From a virus (taxonomy: Duplodnaviria > Caudoviricetes): a DNA stretch of 46,776 bases. This document shows positions 36,751-46,210 of the stretch, piece by piece. Both the position numbers and the translations under genes were made by a program. Where the stretch lies: IMG/VR virus record IMGVR_UViG_3300025600_000026, positions 1 through 46,776 of that record. One strand, given 5' to 3'. Every line of letters begins with the position of its first letter. Position 1 is the stretch's first letter. The notes under the pieces were generated by a model. That model searched no databases. It saw only the letters and a program-made list of their open reading frames with translations, and was not told the origin of the DNA.

Positions 36751-37512
36751 ATGGATGTTTTTAAATTAAGCAGAGATTGGTTTGATTTTAGTTTTGAAAA
36801 TCCAGAAAAGATTAAGCCGAATCATGCAGCACTTTATTTTTTCTGTATTGAACATTGCAATCGTTTAGGATGGAAGGGGAAATTTGGCCTGCCTACAACG
36901 ATGGCAAAAGAGGCAATCGGGATTAATTCTTACAATACATACATAAATACTTTGCGAGATTTGTGCGATTGGGGATTCATTAAAATGATTGAAAAGTCGA
37001 AAAATCAATACTCATCAAATATAATCGCTATATCAAATTTTGATAAAGCACTTGATAAAGCACTTGATAAAGCAATGATAAAGCATAGTACAAAGCACGT
37101 GTCAAAGCAAAGTGAAAGCATTGATAGTATAGATATACAAGAAACAAGAAACAAGAAACAAGAAACAATTATTAATAATTGGAAAACATCTTACGATATT
37201 TATTTCGAAGAATGCGTAAGTGCATTTAAGAAAATTCAGGAAAACGAACCATTTATATCAAAGCAAGAATATTTTTACCCGAGCGTAAATATTGCTAAAA
37301 CAATGGAGTCTTCTTTTTCCTCGTATTGGAAAACAAAAAGAGCATGGGACTATAAAAGGAAACAAAAAATAGAAAATATCGATTGGGAGGCTACAATTAC
37401 AAATATCATTAAAAATCCAAAAGGCCGAATATATTTTTCAAAACAAGAACAGATTGAAATTGACGAAAAACGAATAGCCAAAAAATACAAAAAAGAAACA
37501 GCTTTATTTTAA
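36751..37512 (+). CDS. replication initiator (winged-helix N-terminus)
   Basis: ALYFFCIEHCNRLGW...IGI.SYNTY...L.DL..WGFI; internal direct repeats. Confidence 0.75.
   Translation: MDVFKLSRDWFDFSFENPEKIKPNHAALYFFCIEHCNRLGWKGKFGLPTTMAKEAIGINSYNTYINTLRDLCDWGFIKMIEKSKNQYSSNIIAISNFDKALDKALDKAMIKHSTKHVSKQSESIDSIDIQETRNKKQETIINNWKTSYDIYFEECVSAFKKIQENEPFISKQEYFYPSVNIAKTMESSFSSYWKTKRAWDYKRKQKIENIDWEATITNIIKNPKGRIYFSKQEQIEIDEKRIAKKYKKETALF
37041..37168. repeat. iteron-like repeats, putative replication origin
   Basis: TGATAAAGCA x4 plus three degenerate AAAGCA units at 11-12 bp spacing; CAAGAAA x4. Confidence 0.7.
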
Positions 37513-37516
37513 AAAT

Positions 37517-37702
37517 ATGAAAAAATTAACGATTGACGAAATTAATAAAGAAATATCCGTTGCTAATCAAGCAATAACTGATTTGATATGCAAATTAGAG
37601 CATACTACTGGACTATCGGTTGAATCAATAAATAAAATAGATTCAAAAGATTTTTATGATTTAGGCAATTTTGAAATTAAGGTAATAAATCCGTTCAAAT
37701 GA
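37517..37702 (+). CDS. hypothetical protein
   Basis: 61 aa coupled ORF. Confidence 0.55.
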   Translation: MKKLTIDEINKEISVANQAITDLICKLEHTTGLSVESINKIDSKDFYDLGNFEIKVINPFK

Positions 37703-39486
37703 ACTATACTGAAACAGTTTTAAAATATATTGAATACGGATATAAATGTTTGCCTACCGGGCCAATTAAGGCGCCGGCTGTTCCTGCCGGCTGTGATTGG
37801 AAAAATGACTTACCTATCGAAATGTTTGAAAACTGTCACGGAATAGGCTTAAAAATGGGTGAACAGTCTGGGTTTATTGAATGTATTGATATTGATAATC
37901 ACGCCGGTAACGCCAAAGATAAGCTAATCAAATACCTTGAAATACCGGAAGTAAAAGAGATTTACGAAAATCACAAAATACCTTTAGAAAGTACAATGAA
38001 TGGAGGTTTTCATTTACTTTACAAATGTGATTCGATGCAGGGGAGCCGGAAATTAGCGCAACAGTTAATCGATGGTAAGCAAGATTGTTTTATTGAAACT
38101 AAAGGACTTGCAAGTTATGTTTGTGTTTGGCCAACGCCCGGGTACAAAATAATTCGAAACAGCATTTTTGAGATACCTAAATTAACCGGAATTGAAAGAG
38201 CTATTTTAATCGATAATGCAATTTCAATGAATGAGTTTTTTCCGGCACAAAAAACAGAATACGAGCAAACAGACCGCCCGGGTGACTTGTATAACGCAAG
38301 CATGAGTGCAATAAGCGACATGAAAAGCAGTTTACAAGGTTTAGGCTGGCAAGATGTAGGCGGCAACAGATGGAGACGCCCGGGAAAGAAAGAAGGGATT
38401 AGCGCGACTTTGGGAAAAGTAGCCCCGAATGTTTTTTATGTGTTTACCGGCAACGCTTACCCTTTTGAGCAAATGAAGGCATATACGCCGTTTCAGGTTC
38501 TGGGATTAGTGAAGTATAACGGAGACTTTAAAGAGGCCGCAAAGAGCATCGCGCCGGAACGTGTGCCAATACATAACAGCAAACCTCAACTTGAAACAAC
38601 TGAAATTGAAAAACTATTGACCGGTGCAAGAATCGATACCCGGAAACATATCGAAAAGCCTCCGACAATTTTGAGTGTAAAAGAACAAAACGGAACGCAA
38701 ATACAGTTTAACAGAGTTTTCACTTTGGGTAACTTTTCCTGCATAATCGGAAAAGCAAAAAGTAAAAAAACGTTTTTCATTAGTCTGGTCACAGCTGCAT
38801 TACTTTCGAATGATGACCGGGGTAAATTTAAAGGCGATCTTCCAACGGCAAAAAATGAAATACTTTACTTTGATACAGAGCAAGGCGATTATGATTCTTA
38901 CAACGTCATTCGAAGAATTGAATTAATGGCTGGGTGTGGGATGCGATTTAGAGCTTACAATATCCGCGAGTATGGCCCACTGGAGCGCTGCCAGATTATC
39001 GAATATGCTTTTAAATTATTCGGAGATAAAACAGGGTATTGCGTTATCGACGGGATCGCGGACCTTGCAACAGGAATAAACGACGAAGAGGAGGCGACCC
39101 GGGTAGTAACTGTTTTGTTAAGATTGTCGAAGGTTTACAATTGTCACATTTCAACAATTATCCATCAAAACAAAAACGATGGATTTGCGACGGGTCATCT
39201 GGGGAGTTCAATAATGAAAAAATCTGAAATTATTATTTCAGTCACAAAAAATGATTCTGATTCAAGTATTGTAAAATGCGATATGTCCCGGGGTATTTCA
39301 TTCGAAGATTTTATAATGACAATTTCACCGGAAGGAATACCGGAAATAATTGGAGAGGCAAAACAGCGACCGGCTGCAGTCGTTTCTTTTTACGACAAAG
39401 AAGATCCGGCAATTGAAGAAAAAGAAGTAATGCAACCGAATGCAGATTTTTACGCTGAAAATGATGTAGATAAATTAAAATGGTAA
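37699..39486 (+). CDS. bifunctional primase-polymerase fused to a RecA/AAA_25 helicase
   Basis: K.P, GIGL..G, CIDID, T..GGFH prim-pol motifs; Walker A GKAKSKKT, YFDTEQ, VIDGIADL, GHLGS. Confidence 0.88.
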   Translation: MNYTETVLKYIEYGYKCLPTGPIKAPAVPAGCDWKNDLPIEMFENCHGIGLKMGEQSGFIECIDIDNHAGNAKDKLIKYLEIPEVKEIYENHKIPLESTMNGGFHLLYKCDSMQGSRKLAQQLIDGKQDCFIETKGLASYVCVWPTPGYKIIRNSIFEIPKLTGIERAILIDNAISMNEFFPAQKTEYEQTDRPGDLYNASMSAISDMKSSLQGLGWQDVGGNRWRRPGKKEGISATLGKVAPNVFYVFTGNAYPFEQMKAYTPFQVLGLVKYNGDFKEAAKSIAPERVPIHNSKPQLETTEIEKLLTGARIDTRKHIEKPPTILSVKEQNGTQIQFNRVFTLGNFSCIIGKAKSKKTFFISLVTAALLSNDDRGKFKGDLPTAKNEILYFDTEQGDYDSYNVIRRIELMAGCGMRFRAYNIREYGPLERCQIIEYAFKLFGDKTGYCVIDGIADLATGINDEEEATRVVTVLLRLSKVYNCHISTIIHQNKNDGFATGHLGSSIMKKSEIIISVTKNDSDSSIVKCDMSRGISFEDFIMTISPEGIPEIIGEAKQRPAAVVSFYDKEDPAIEEKEVMQPNADFYAENDVDKLKW

Positions 39487-39487
39487 T

Positions 39488-40111
39488 ATGGAAAAATTAA
39501 TTCATTCAGACGGTTGCTTAAACCCGAATCAGGAAACCGAAATAAGCGGAATTCTGCAAATTGAATATTGTTTGGATTGTGGAAAGCATGAAATAGATCC
39601 AATCGATTGTGATCATGAATATAAATTTGTAGCGTTTATTCTTTCGAATGGCACAACTATTCAGTTAAGAAAATATTGCGTTAAATGTCACGCGATTACA
39701 TCTAAATCGGAAAGCCAGGTAAATCACGATATGACTAAAATATCAAAAAAGAGATTGGAAGCATATCACGAATTTTACCAATTAAAAAAAGATGAATCAA
39801 AAGCATTATTTAACGACTTAATTGAAAGATTAACGGATATTAAAACTAACTTTAGAAAGGATGTTTATCTTGAATATTTAAAGTCTGATGATTGGAAAGT
39901 TAAACGATCGGAGGCATTATCCCGGGATAATGTCACTTGCCAAATTTGCGGAGGCAAAGCAGAACAGGTTCATCATTTAACGTACGATCATTTTAAACAT
40001 GAATATATTTTTGAATTGGTTTCACTTTGTACCGAATGTCACCATTTCTATTATAATCCCGAGAAACCAATTACTTATTTTCACGATCGGGAAGATATAA
40101 GTCCCTTTTAA
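39488..40111 (+). CDS. zinc-binding HNH endonuclease
   Basis: YL.S..W..KR...L.RD...CQIC....QVHHLTY...LC..CH. Confidence 0.85.
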   Translation: MEKLIHSDGCLNPNQETEISGILQIEYCLDCGKHEIDPIDCDHEYKFVAFILSNGTTIQLRKYCVKCHAITSKSESQVNHDMTKISKKRLEAYHEFYQLKKDESKALFNDLIERLTDIKTNFRKDVYLEYLKSDDWKVKRSEALSRDNVTCQICGGKAEQVHHLTYDHFKHEYIFELVSLCTECHHFYYNPEKPITYFHDREDISPF

Positions 40112-40151
40112 TCGAACAATTAAGATTTTTAATATTTAAACAAAAAGCAAA

Positions 40152-40382
40152 ATGAAAATAAATAATATAATTACAGATTTTGATTGTTGCCCTCATTGCG
40201 GTGGAACGTGGGGTTATTATACGAAAGTTCATACGTCCGGTAAATGGCACGACAATACATTTTGGGACCACAAAATCAAAGAGAATACCGAGATGATAGA
40301 TTCGTTTGGCGACACATGGGAAAGTGCGTGGTATTACTGCTGTGAGTGCAATAAAAAGATTTGTAAACGAACTGAAATATAA
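40152..40382 (+). CDS. zinc-ribbon hypothetical protein
   Basis: CPHCG and C.EC pairs. Confidence 0.6.
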   Translation: MKINNIITDFDCCPHCGGTWGYYTKVHTSGKWHDNTFWDHKIKENTEMIDSFGDTWESAWYYCCECNKKICKRTEI

Positions 40383-40460
40383 AAAATGATTAAGCAAGAA
40401 GCCGACCGCATCAAATCAAATAACACATTTTTATTTGATAATTTTTTTGTATCTTTGTAA

Positions 40461-40542
40461 TGCTTTTGGGAGGAAGCGCAAACGAAAATATTTTTAAACT
40501 GCCGTTGTTCCGCGAAATCCTCCCATTTCAAAGATCAGCGGC
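40461..40542 (+). ncRNA. kissing-loop 5' leader C
   Basis: Loops GGGAGG (40468-40473) and CCTCCC (40519-40524); starts 4 nt after TATCTTTG. Confidence 0.7.
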
Positions 40543-40558
40543 TTTTAATTTTATGATT

Positions 40559-41117
40559 ATGAAAACAATTGAATTAACACAAGGAAAGATTGCATTGATT
40601 AACGATGAAGATTTTGAATGGCTTAATCAGTTCAAGTGGTATGCACACAAGGATAGAAATACTTTTTATGCAGTAAGAAACCTCCCCAGAGTTAACGGGA
40701 AACAGACGACCCAGCCAATGCATAAATTCATTATGGGAGACAACCCTTTGGAATTAGATATAGACCACCGTGATGGAGATGGCTGCAATAACCAGAAGTA
40801 ATCTGAGATTTTGCACCAGATCAGAAAAAAAGATGAATCAAAAGCCAAGAGAAAACTGCTCTTCTATCTATAAGGGAGCGCATTGGAATAAACACGCAAA
40901 TAAATGGCGGGCGCGAATATGGACAGATGGCAAACTAATTCATTTAGGGTACTTCGATATTGAGGAAGATGCCGCACGAGCCTATAATGCAGCAGCAAAA
41001 TTAGCCTTTGGAGAGTTTGCTAAATTGAATGCGATCGAAATGATGAAAAGCGGAAATACAATTGAATTTTACGAACAGGTTTTAAAACAGTTAGAAGATG
41101 AAAGTAAAAAGAGTTGA
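40559..41117 (+). pseudogene. frameshifted HNH-AP2 endonuclease
   Basis: NNQK* / SNLRFC split across frames near 40795; paralogs read NNQKSNLR and NNQRGNLR. Confidence 0.8.
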
Positions 41118-41316
41118 ATGTAACGAGTGTGTAAATTTCACATGGCCACACTTAGACGGAAACGGAATGATCAAAGAAAATGCTAAATGTAAATTAGGTA
41201 AACGTGTAATGTTCAGGATGCCAATTTTAAATAAGTGGGGCGCGTCTGGTTTACACTATGATGATGGCGGTTATTATCGGTATTGTGATGATTTTAAAAC
41301 TGTTGTAAATGAATAA
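41098..41316 (+). CDS. Cys-rich hypothetical protein
   Basis: CNEC, C.LGKR, C.DF. Confidence 0.6.
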   Translation: MKVKRVECNECVNFTWPHLDGNGMIKENAKCKLGKRVMFRMPILNKWGASGLHYDDGGYYRYCDDFKTVVNE

Positions 41317-41593
41317 AATCTACATAAGCGGAAAAATCACAGGCGACAAAAACTTTAAAGCCAAATTTGCAGATGCTAAACTGAAGTTGTCAAAAAACGG
41401 ATGGGAAAACATAGTTAACCCTGTCGAATTGCCAGAATGCGATACGTGGCAGGATTATATGATTATGGACATTAAAGAGCTTTTCGAGTGCTCTCATATA
41501 TTCATGTTACGGGATTGGAAGGAATCAAAAGGCGCAAAAATAGAACATTCAATAGCATTAAATTGTGGATTAATAATATATTACGAAAAATGA
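41309..41593 (+). CDS. DUF4406 (nucleoside deoxyribosyltransferase-like) protein
   Basis: KIYISGKITG, VNP, I.ML.DW..SKGAKIE..IA. Confidence 0.85.
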   Translation: MNKIYISGKITGDKNFKAKFADAKLKLSKNGWENIVNPVELPECDTWQDYMIMDIKELFECSHIFMLRDWKESKGAKIEHSIALNCGLIIYYEK

Positions 41594-41784
41594 CCGACGA
41601 TCTTAAAACCAAAATCGAAAACAGGGAAACAGAGATTCAAAGAGCTTACGATAATACAAGATTCAGGCTAATTGAATTAAATCAAATGCAAGTCGAAATC
41701 GTGCAAAAGATTAAAGATCAGGAGCGAATTATGGGAATACTAAAACGGCGAGCATCGCAACAGGGAATATCACATATATTGTGA
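41590..41784 (+). CDS. coiled-coil hypothetical protein
   Basis: ATGA-coupled start at 41590. Confidence 0.55.
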   Translation: MTDDLKTKIENRETEIQRAYDNTRFRLIELNQMQVEIVQKIKDQERIMGILKRRASQQGISHIL

Positions 41785-41825
41785 AAACATGTTTTATAAT
41801 AGAATATTTTTTTGTATATTTGCAA

Positions 41826-41910
41826 TATGATGTACCAGATCATAAAGATATTTCAACTTAATTGTTGAATGAAGCCCCAAAGATTGTCTGGTACACATTC
41901 GGAGGGGCTT
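41826..41910 (+). ncRNA. kissing-loop 5' leader B
   Basis: Loops GTACCAG (41832-41838) and CTGGTAC (41888-41894); starts 4 nt after TATATTTG. Confidence 0.75.
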
Positions 41911-41925
41911 TGCATTTACATTAAA

Positions 41926-42405
41926 ATGATGAAGGAAATAAAATTAACGCAAAATCAATTTGCATTAGTAGATGACGAGGATTTTGAACATCTTAATCAA
42001 TTTAAGTGGTGTGCCCACAAGCGCGGGAATACGTTTTATGCGGAAAGATCCGTTCCGATTAACGGGAAATATAAGACTAAGGCAATGCATAAATTTATAA
42101 TGTGTGATAATCCATTTAAATCAGACGTAGACCACAGAGATGGTAATGGGTTAAATAATCAAAGGGGAAATTTAAGGTTTTGCACGGATCAACAAAACCA
42201 AATGAATGCAAAGCCGAGAAAAAACTGCTCATCTAATTACAAAGGCGTTAGTTTGCATAAACCAACAAATAAATGGCGTGCACGCATAACGATAGAGGGA
42301 AAATTAATTTATTTTGGCCTCTTTAATAGCGAAGAAGACGCGGCCCGTATATATGATGATGCCGCAATAAAATATTACGGAGAATTTGCACGTTTAAATT
42401 TTTAA
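41926..42405 (+). CDS. HNH-AP2 endonuclease
   Basis: VDHRDGNGLNNQRGNLR; AP2 KWRARI...F.SEEDAA..YD.AA..YYGEFARLNF. Confidence 0.9.
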   Translation: MMKEIKLTQNQFALVDDEDFEHLNQFKWCAHKRGNTFYAERSVPINGKYKTKAMHKFIMCDNPFKSDVDHRDGNGLNNQRGNLRFCTDQQNQMNAKPRKNCSSNYKGVSLHKPTNKWRARITIEGKLIYFGLFNSEEDAARIYDDAAIKYYGEFARLNF

Positions 42406-42406
42406 A

Positions 42407-42459
42407 AACATGTTTTTAAACAGCTTTCTACACACCAAAGGAATTAAAAGTTAATATTG
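42407..42459 (+). promoter_or_regulatory. tandem operator plus degenerate -7 box
   Basis: AACATGTT-TTTA-AACAGCTT, 25 nt gap, TAATATTG. Confidence 0.65.
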
Positions 42460-42480
42460 CAGAATACTAAAAACGATAAA

Positions 42481-42804
42481 ATGGAACCAATAAGAATTAA
42501 AATCAGAGCGTGGGATGATATTAATAAAAAAATGTTATACCCAAACTTTCAATTCGGCAGTGGTGGCAAAACTGCTGGGCAGTTATTAAACCAAGAAGAA
42601 ATCATAATGCTATATTCAGGTGTTAATGATAAAAACGATAAAGAAATTTACGAAGGAGATATTTATCTAGAGTGGGGAAAGCCAGTTTTGTGCGAATGGA
42701 TAAAAAGTGATAGCAGCCAAGGTTTTTTTATTTGCACTGATGATTGGGATTTAGAAGTTATCGGGAACATATATGAAACCCCAGAAATAAAATACTCAAA
42801 ATGA
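42481..42804 (+). CDS. YopX family protein
   Basis: IK.RAWD, G..DKN.KEIYEGDI, LEVIGNIYE.PE. Confidence 0.88.
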   Translation: MEPIRIKIRAWDDINKKMLYPNFQFGSGGKTAGQLLNQEEIIMLYSGVNDKNDKEIYEGDIYLEWGKPVLCEWIKSDSSQGFFICTDDWDLEVIGNIYETPEIKYSK

Positions 42805-43019
42805 AAAAATGTATTATGTGTGGATGTGAAGTAATCCAAAATCCATGCGCTACAAACATGAGAGGCAAAGGATATAGAAATGCAATAGTTGGCAATATTA
42901 CCGGGAATTATGGGAGCGCTTATATTGGGATGTGTTTTTTAGTTGCTATTTGCGACTGGTGTATTAATGCTAACATGGACAAATTGGAATTGATTCACGA
43001 AGATAATAATTCAAAATAA
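42801..43019 (+). CDS. zinc-finger hypothetical protein
   Basis: CIMC and ICDWC. Confidence 0.6.
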   Translation: MKKCIMCGCEVIQNPCATNMRGKGYRNAIVGNITGNYGSAYIGMCFLVAICDWCINANMDKLELIHEDNNSK

Positions 43020-43046
43020 AAAAACAAATGGCAATATCATTTTAAC

Positions 43047-43235
43047 ATGAAAATAACATTCGATGAAATTTGCGATACCCGGGATAATCCTGGTGCAATA
43101 TCATTTTCAGAACACCAAAGAATTTTAAAGGGTGCAATTGAGATGATAAAACAACTTGAAAAACGATTAACTGCGAACGGTATAGAAACGGACGACATAT
43201 TAAGCAATGACGAGGCAGAAACACGCCAAATTTAA
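43047..43235 (+). CDS. hypothetical protein
   Basis: 62 aa ORF. Confidence 0.5.
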   Translation: MKITFDEICDTRDNPGAISFSEHQRILKGAIEMIKQLEKRLTANGIETDDILSNDEAETRQI

Positions 43236-43258
43236 GGAACAGGTAAACAAACAAGCAA

Positions 43259-43678
43259 ATGTATAAACCGAAAACATACAGGGCAAAAACAGTGCTTAAA
43301 TTGCAAAGCGAAGAATCACTTCATAAGTCAATTTGTGATTATATCAAAGTTCAATATCCAAAAATACTTTTTAATAGTGATATGTCTGGTATCAAACTCA
43401 CAAAAGGGCAAGCAGTAAAGGCGTCAAAACTACGAAGCAATAAAGGGTACCCGGATATTTCCATCTACGAGCCTCGTGGGGGGTTCCATGGACTTTTCGT
43501 TGAGCTTAAAAAAGAAGGCGAAGTACTTTATAAGCGAAACGGTGCGGCTGTTACGGAACACGTTAGGGAACAAATAATCTGTATGTATCTATTGAGGACA
43601 AAAGGATATTGCGCAGGGTTCGCAATTGGCTTTAATGAAGCGAAAACCGTCATTGATGATTATTTAAAACTTGAATAA
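43259..43678 (+). CDS. VRR-NUC domain nuclease (resolvase-like)
   Basis: EESLH, GYPDI, GLFVELK, Q....L...GY. Confidence 0.82.
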   Translation: MYKPKTYRAKTVLKLQSEESLHKSICDYIKVQYPKILFNSDMSGIKLTKGQAVKASKLRSNKGYPDISIYEPRGGFHGLFVELKKEGEVLYKRNGAAVTEHVREQIICMYLLRTKGYCAGFAIGFNEAKTVIDDYLKLE

Positions 43679-43948
43679 ATGGCAGTTCCTGACTATATTA
43701 AAGTTTACATGCAGTTTTTTGGCTATCAAATAAAGGAAGACATTATTTGCGAAGTGAAAAACGACGGAACTCCGGGGGTCAATATCCATCACATCAATGG
43801 CAGAATAGGCAAAAACAAACTTGACATAAACGGCTTAATTGCGCTTAATTACGATCTTCACGATGCAATTCACACGCAGTCACCACCATATACCAAATCC
43901 GAACTAATGCAGATTCACGCTGAATTTATGGCAAAGAATAAACGCTAA
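43679..43948 (+). CDS. degenerate HNH-like protein
   Basis: ICEV...VNIHHI..R...I.GLIAL...H..IH. Confidence 0.65.
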   Translation: MAVPDYIKVYMQFFGYQIKEDIICEVKNDGTPGVNIHHINGRIGKNKLDINGLIALNYDLHDAIHTQSPPYTKSELMQIHAEFMAKNKR

Positions 43949-44000
43949 ACATGTTCTTTAACAGCTTTTGTAAAATGAATTGATATTCGATATATTTTTA
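43948..44000 (+). promoter_or_regulatory. tandem operator plus degenerate -7 box
   Basis: AACATGTT-CTTT-AACAGCTT, 25 nt gap, TATTTTTA. Confidence 0.6.
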
Positions 44001-44024
44001 CGTATAATTTAAAACGATAAGAAA

Positions 44025-44327
44025 ATGGAAACAGAAAAAAGATTAGTTAACGAAACATGGATAAACAACAGAGAATTAAACGCTATTGTAATTTCAGTAA
44101 GAAATGAAGACGGTGATTTTGTTGCTAAAATTCCATCGCATTGGAATAACGCCAAAGAAAATGCACGGCTAATAATGGCTTTACCTGAATTATTTAATGC
44201 CTTATCTGATCTAATTCAAGTTAAAGATTGGAAAGATAAGTACGGCAAAGGTGAGCATTATTCAGTTGATCAACCAGTGGCGTGGGAAAATGCACGTAAC
44301 GCAATCAATAAAGCACTGGGAAAATGA
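44025..44327 (+). CDS. hypothetical phage protein
   Basis: ENARLIMALPELF.AL...ARNAINKALG, a common phage motif. Confidence 0.7.
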   Translation: METEKRLVNETWINNRELNAIVISVRNEDGDFVAKIPSHWNNAKENARLIMALPELFNALSDLIQVKDWKDKYGKGEHYSVDQPVAWENARNAINKALGK

Positions 44328-44515
44328 CCGCACGTAAACAAACAGAACGCCAACTACTGATTAAATTTGTCAGGTTCCTGAATAAAGAAAGGGTTTGCGG
44401 ATGTGTTCAATTAATTCCTGAAAGTGTAGTAAATTGCTTTTATTGGTCTGAATTTGACAAAGAGGCAAAGAGGCAATTAAAGAAAAACGATTTAAACGAA
44501 GGATTAAAATTTTAG
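44324..44515 (+). CDS. hypothetical protein
   Basis: ATGA-coupled ORF. Confidence 0.55.
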   Translation: MTARKQTERQLLIKFVRFLNKERVCGCVQLIPESVVNCFYWSEFDKEAKRQLKKNDLNEGLKF

Positions 44516-44518
44516 GTT

Positions 44519-44809
44519 ATGAAAACAATTGAAAAAGCAGCGAATAATTACGCATACAGTCGAGAAGATAACGATTACACAATCGAAACAGAAATGGCAT
44601 TTATGGCAGGCGCGAAGTTTGTGCAACAATGGATTCCGGTTAAAGAAGAGTTGCCAGAAGAATTACCGGGCGGATTTAGTGATTTAGTATTAACTAAAAA
44701 CAAAACAGATAACTACCATCTTGAAAGATATGATTTTGAAAATGGTTATTTTGTCGATGTTAGGTACGGAGGAAGTGTTACCCATTGGCGTCCAATCGAG
44801 CGCGAATGA
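44519..44809 (+). CDS. DUF551-like protein, paralog of 31166
   Basis: WIPVKEELP...GFSDLVLTKN...ERYDFE...VTHWRPIE. Confidence 0.72.
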   Translation: MKTIEKAANNYAYSREDNDYTIETEMAFMAGAKFVQQWIPVKEELPEELPGGFSDLVLTKNKTDNYHLERYDFENGYFVDVRYGGSVTHWRPIERE

Positions 44810-45003
44810 ACACTTTTTATACATCCCAATCCCGATTTAACGCTAAAATAATCAGGCGATGGGATAAGCGAAAGTTTAAATATCACGCTGGACATCTCAA
44901 TATTTTACGCTATTCTTTTGCAACTTTGAGATTCTGGGCGTGTATTAAGGGAAAGAAGATTAGCAAGGAAAACAGAATAGAACTAACAATGAAATTATTT
45001 TAA
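44806..45003 (+). CDS. basic hypothetical protein
   Basis: ATGA-coupled start at 44806. Confidence 0.45.
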   Translation: MNTFYTSQSRFNAKIIRRWDKRKFKYHAGHLNILRYSFATLRFWACIKGKKISKENRIELTMKLF

Positions 45004-45016
45004 AAACGATAACAAA

Positions 45017-45661
45017 ATGAGCAAAACAACATTTTTTGAACTTGACGGGAAACAATTTAAAGTTGAGTTAGTGGAGGCAAAAAAACCATTTACCAATGAG
45101 CAAATCGACTTTCTTTCTGATTTGGCTGCATTTATGAGTAATACATTTTTATTGAACGGTTGCGATTTTAACACCAATTTAGCAACCTATCACATGAAAG
45201 ACCAATGGCAAAACTTTCTAATCAGCGAAGCCAGAAAGCGCGGCTTTATTTCCGGTTGCACGATCAAACCAGCTACAGACATGGACAAAATGAAGTCCGG
45301 CAGATTACAATTGATTGGACTGTCAAAACTTGCAACAGATGGGCGAAAACAGATCATTATATACGATGGCGGTAAATGGCGTGCAGAGGCGATACCAGAA
45401 GTTAAAAAGCATTTTTGGACCGTTCAGAACAATGGCTATTTTGTCAGATACGTCAAAAATGGAACATGGGAAACCGGCAATCTATTGACACGTGACGAAA
45501 TGGAACAGGTTAAATGCGAGCCGGAAAAGTATAATAAAGACGAATTAAGGCAGATAATAGACGATTTGACACGGCAGATCAATTGCAATAAAACATATCA
45601 TGCCGTAACAAACAATCAAGCAATAACTATCCGTGAAATACTCAACGATTATTTAAAATAA
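45017..45661 (+). CDS. hypothetical protein
   Basis: 214 aa; LISEARKRGF..G motif. Confidence 0.7.
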   Translation: MSKTTFFELDGKQFKVELVEAKKPFTNEQIDFLSDLAAFMSNTFLLNGCDFNTNLATYHMKDQWQNFLISEARKRGFISGCTIKPATDMDKMKSGRLQLIGLSKLATDGRKQIIIYDGGKWRAEAIPEVKKHFWTVQNNGYFVRYVKNGTWETGNLLTRDEMEQVKCEPEKYNKDELRQIIDDLTRQINCNKTYHAVTNNQAITIREILNDYLK

Positions 45662-45830
45662 TTAAGTAACTTTAAAGCAAATTAAACAAATGGAAATTAA
45701 CATCGAAGAAGCAAAATACATTTTATGCGCATTTGAGAGCCAGGAAAATCAAGATGGGTTTTTAAATTCAGTCGAACAGAATATTTGCAATAGGATCAGA
45801 GAAGAATTTAACCTTTAAAAACTAAACGAA

Positions 45831-46022
45831 ATGAACGACAAAGAATTACTTTATGAATTAAAAATGTCTCTAAAAGAAGAGATATTAAGCGAAATGACAA
45901 CGCAAGATGCTGAGGTGTTACAACAACATTGCAGACTATTCAAACTGTTTTGCTGGGTCTGGTATAGTCATTTATATAGGGATGGTGTTTGCCTTCGATG
46001 CGGTGCAAAACAAAGTAATTAA
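45831..46022 (+). CDS. hypothetical protein
   Basis: C...H...CLRCG tail. Confidence 0.55.
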   Translation: MNDKELLYELKMSLKEEILSEMTTQDAEVLQQHCRLFKLFCWVWYSHLYRDGVCLRCGAKQSN

Positions 46023-46210
46023 CCCTTAAAAACAGCCGATATGAACCCATTAAACTACCTTTATTTTATTGCATTTGCCCTGCTTTGCGTATTTTGTGCA
46101 TGGAGACTTTGCCGAATGATTCAGAACGGTAAATTTGATTTGAATGATACTTATTACGATCCATGTGAAATTGACGCAACGAAATATGAAGATGAGGATA
46201 TCGAACGCTA

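Noticed and set aside
37041-37168. CRISPR array
   Set aside because: Units are 7-12 bp, lack unique spacers and lie inside a CDS; they fit iterons better
2863-45177. Minus-strand and nested alternate-frame ORFs from the track (e.g. 12652-12903, 14130-14492, 28213-28593)
   Set aside because: They are shadows of well-supported + strand genes and have no motifs or promoters of their own
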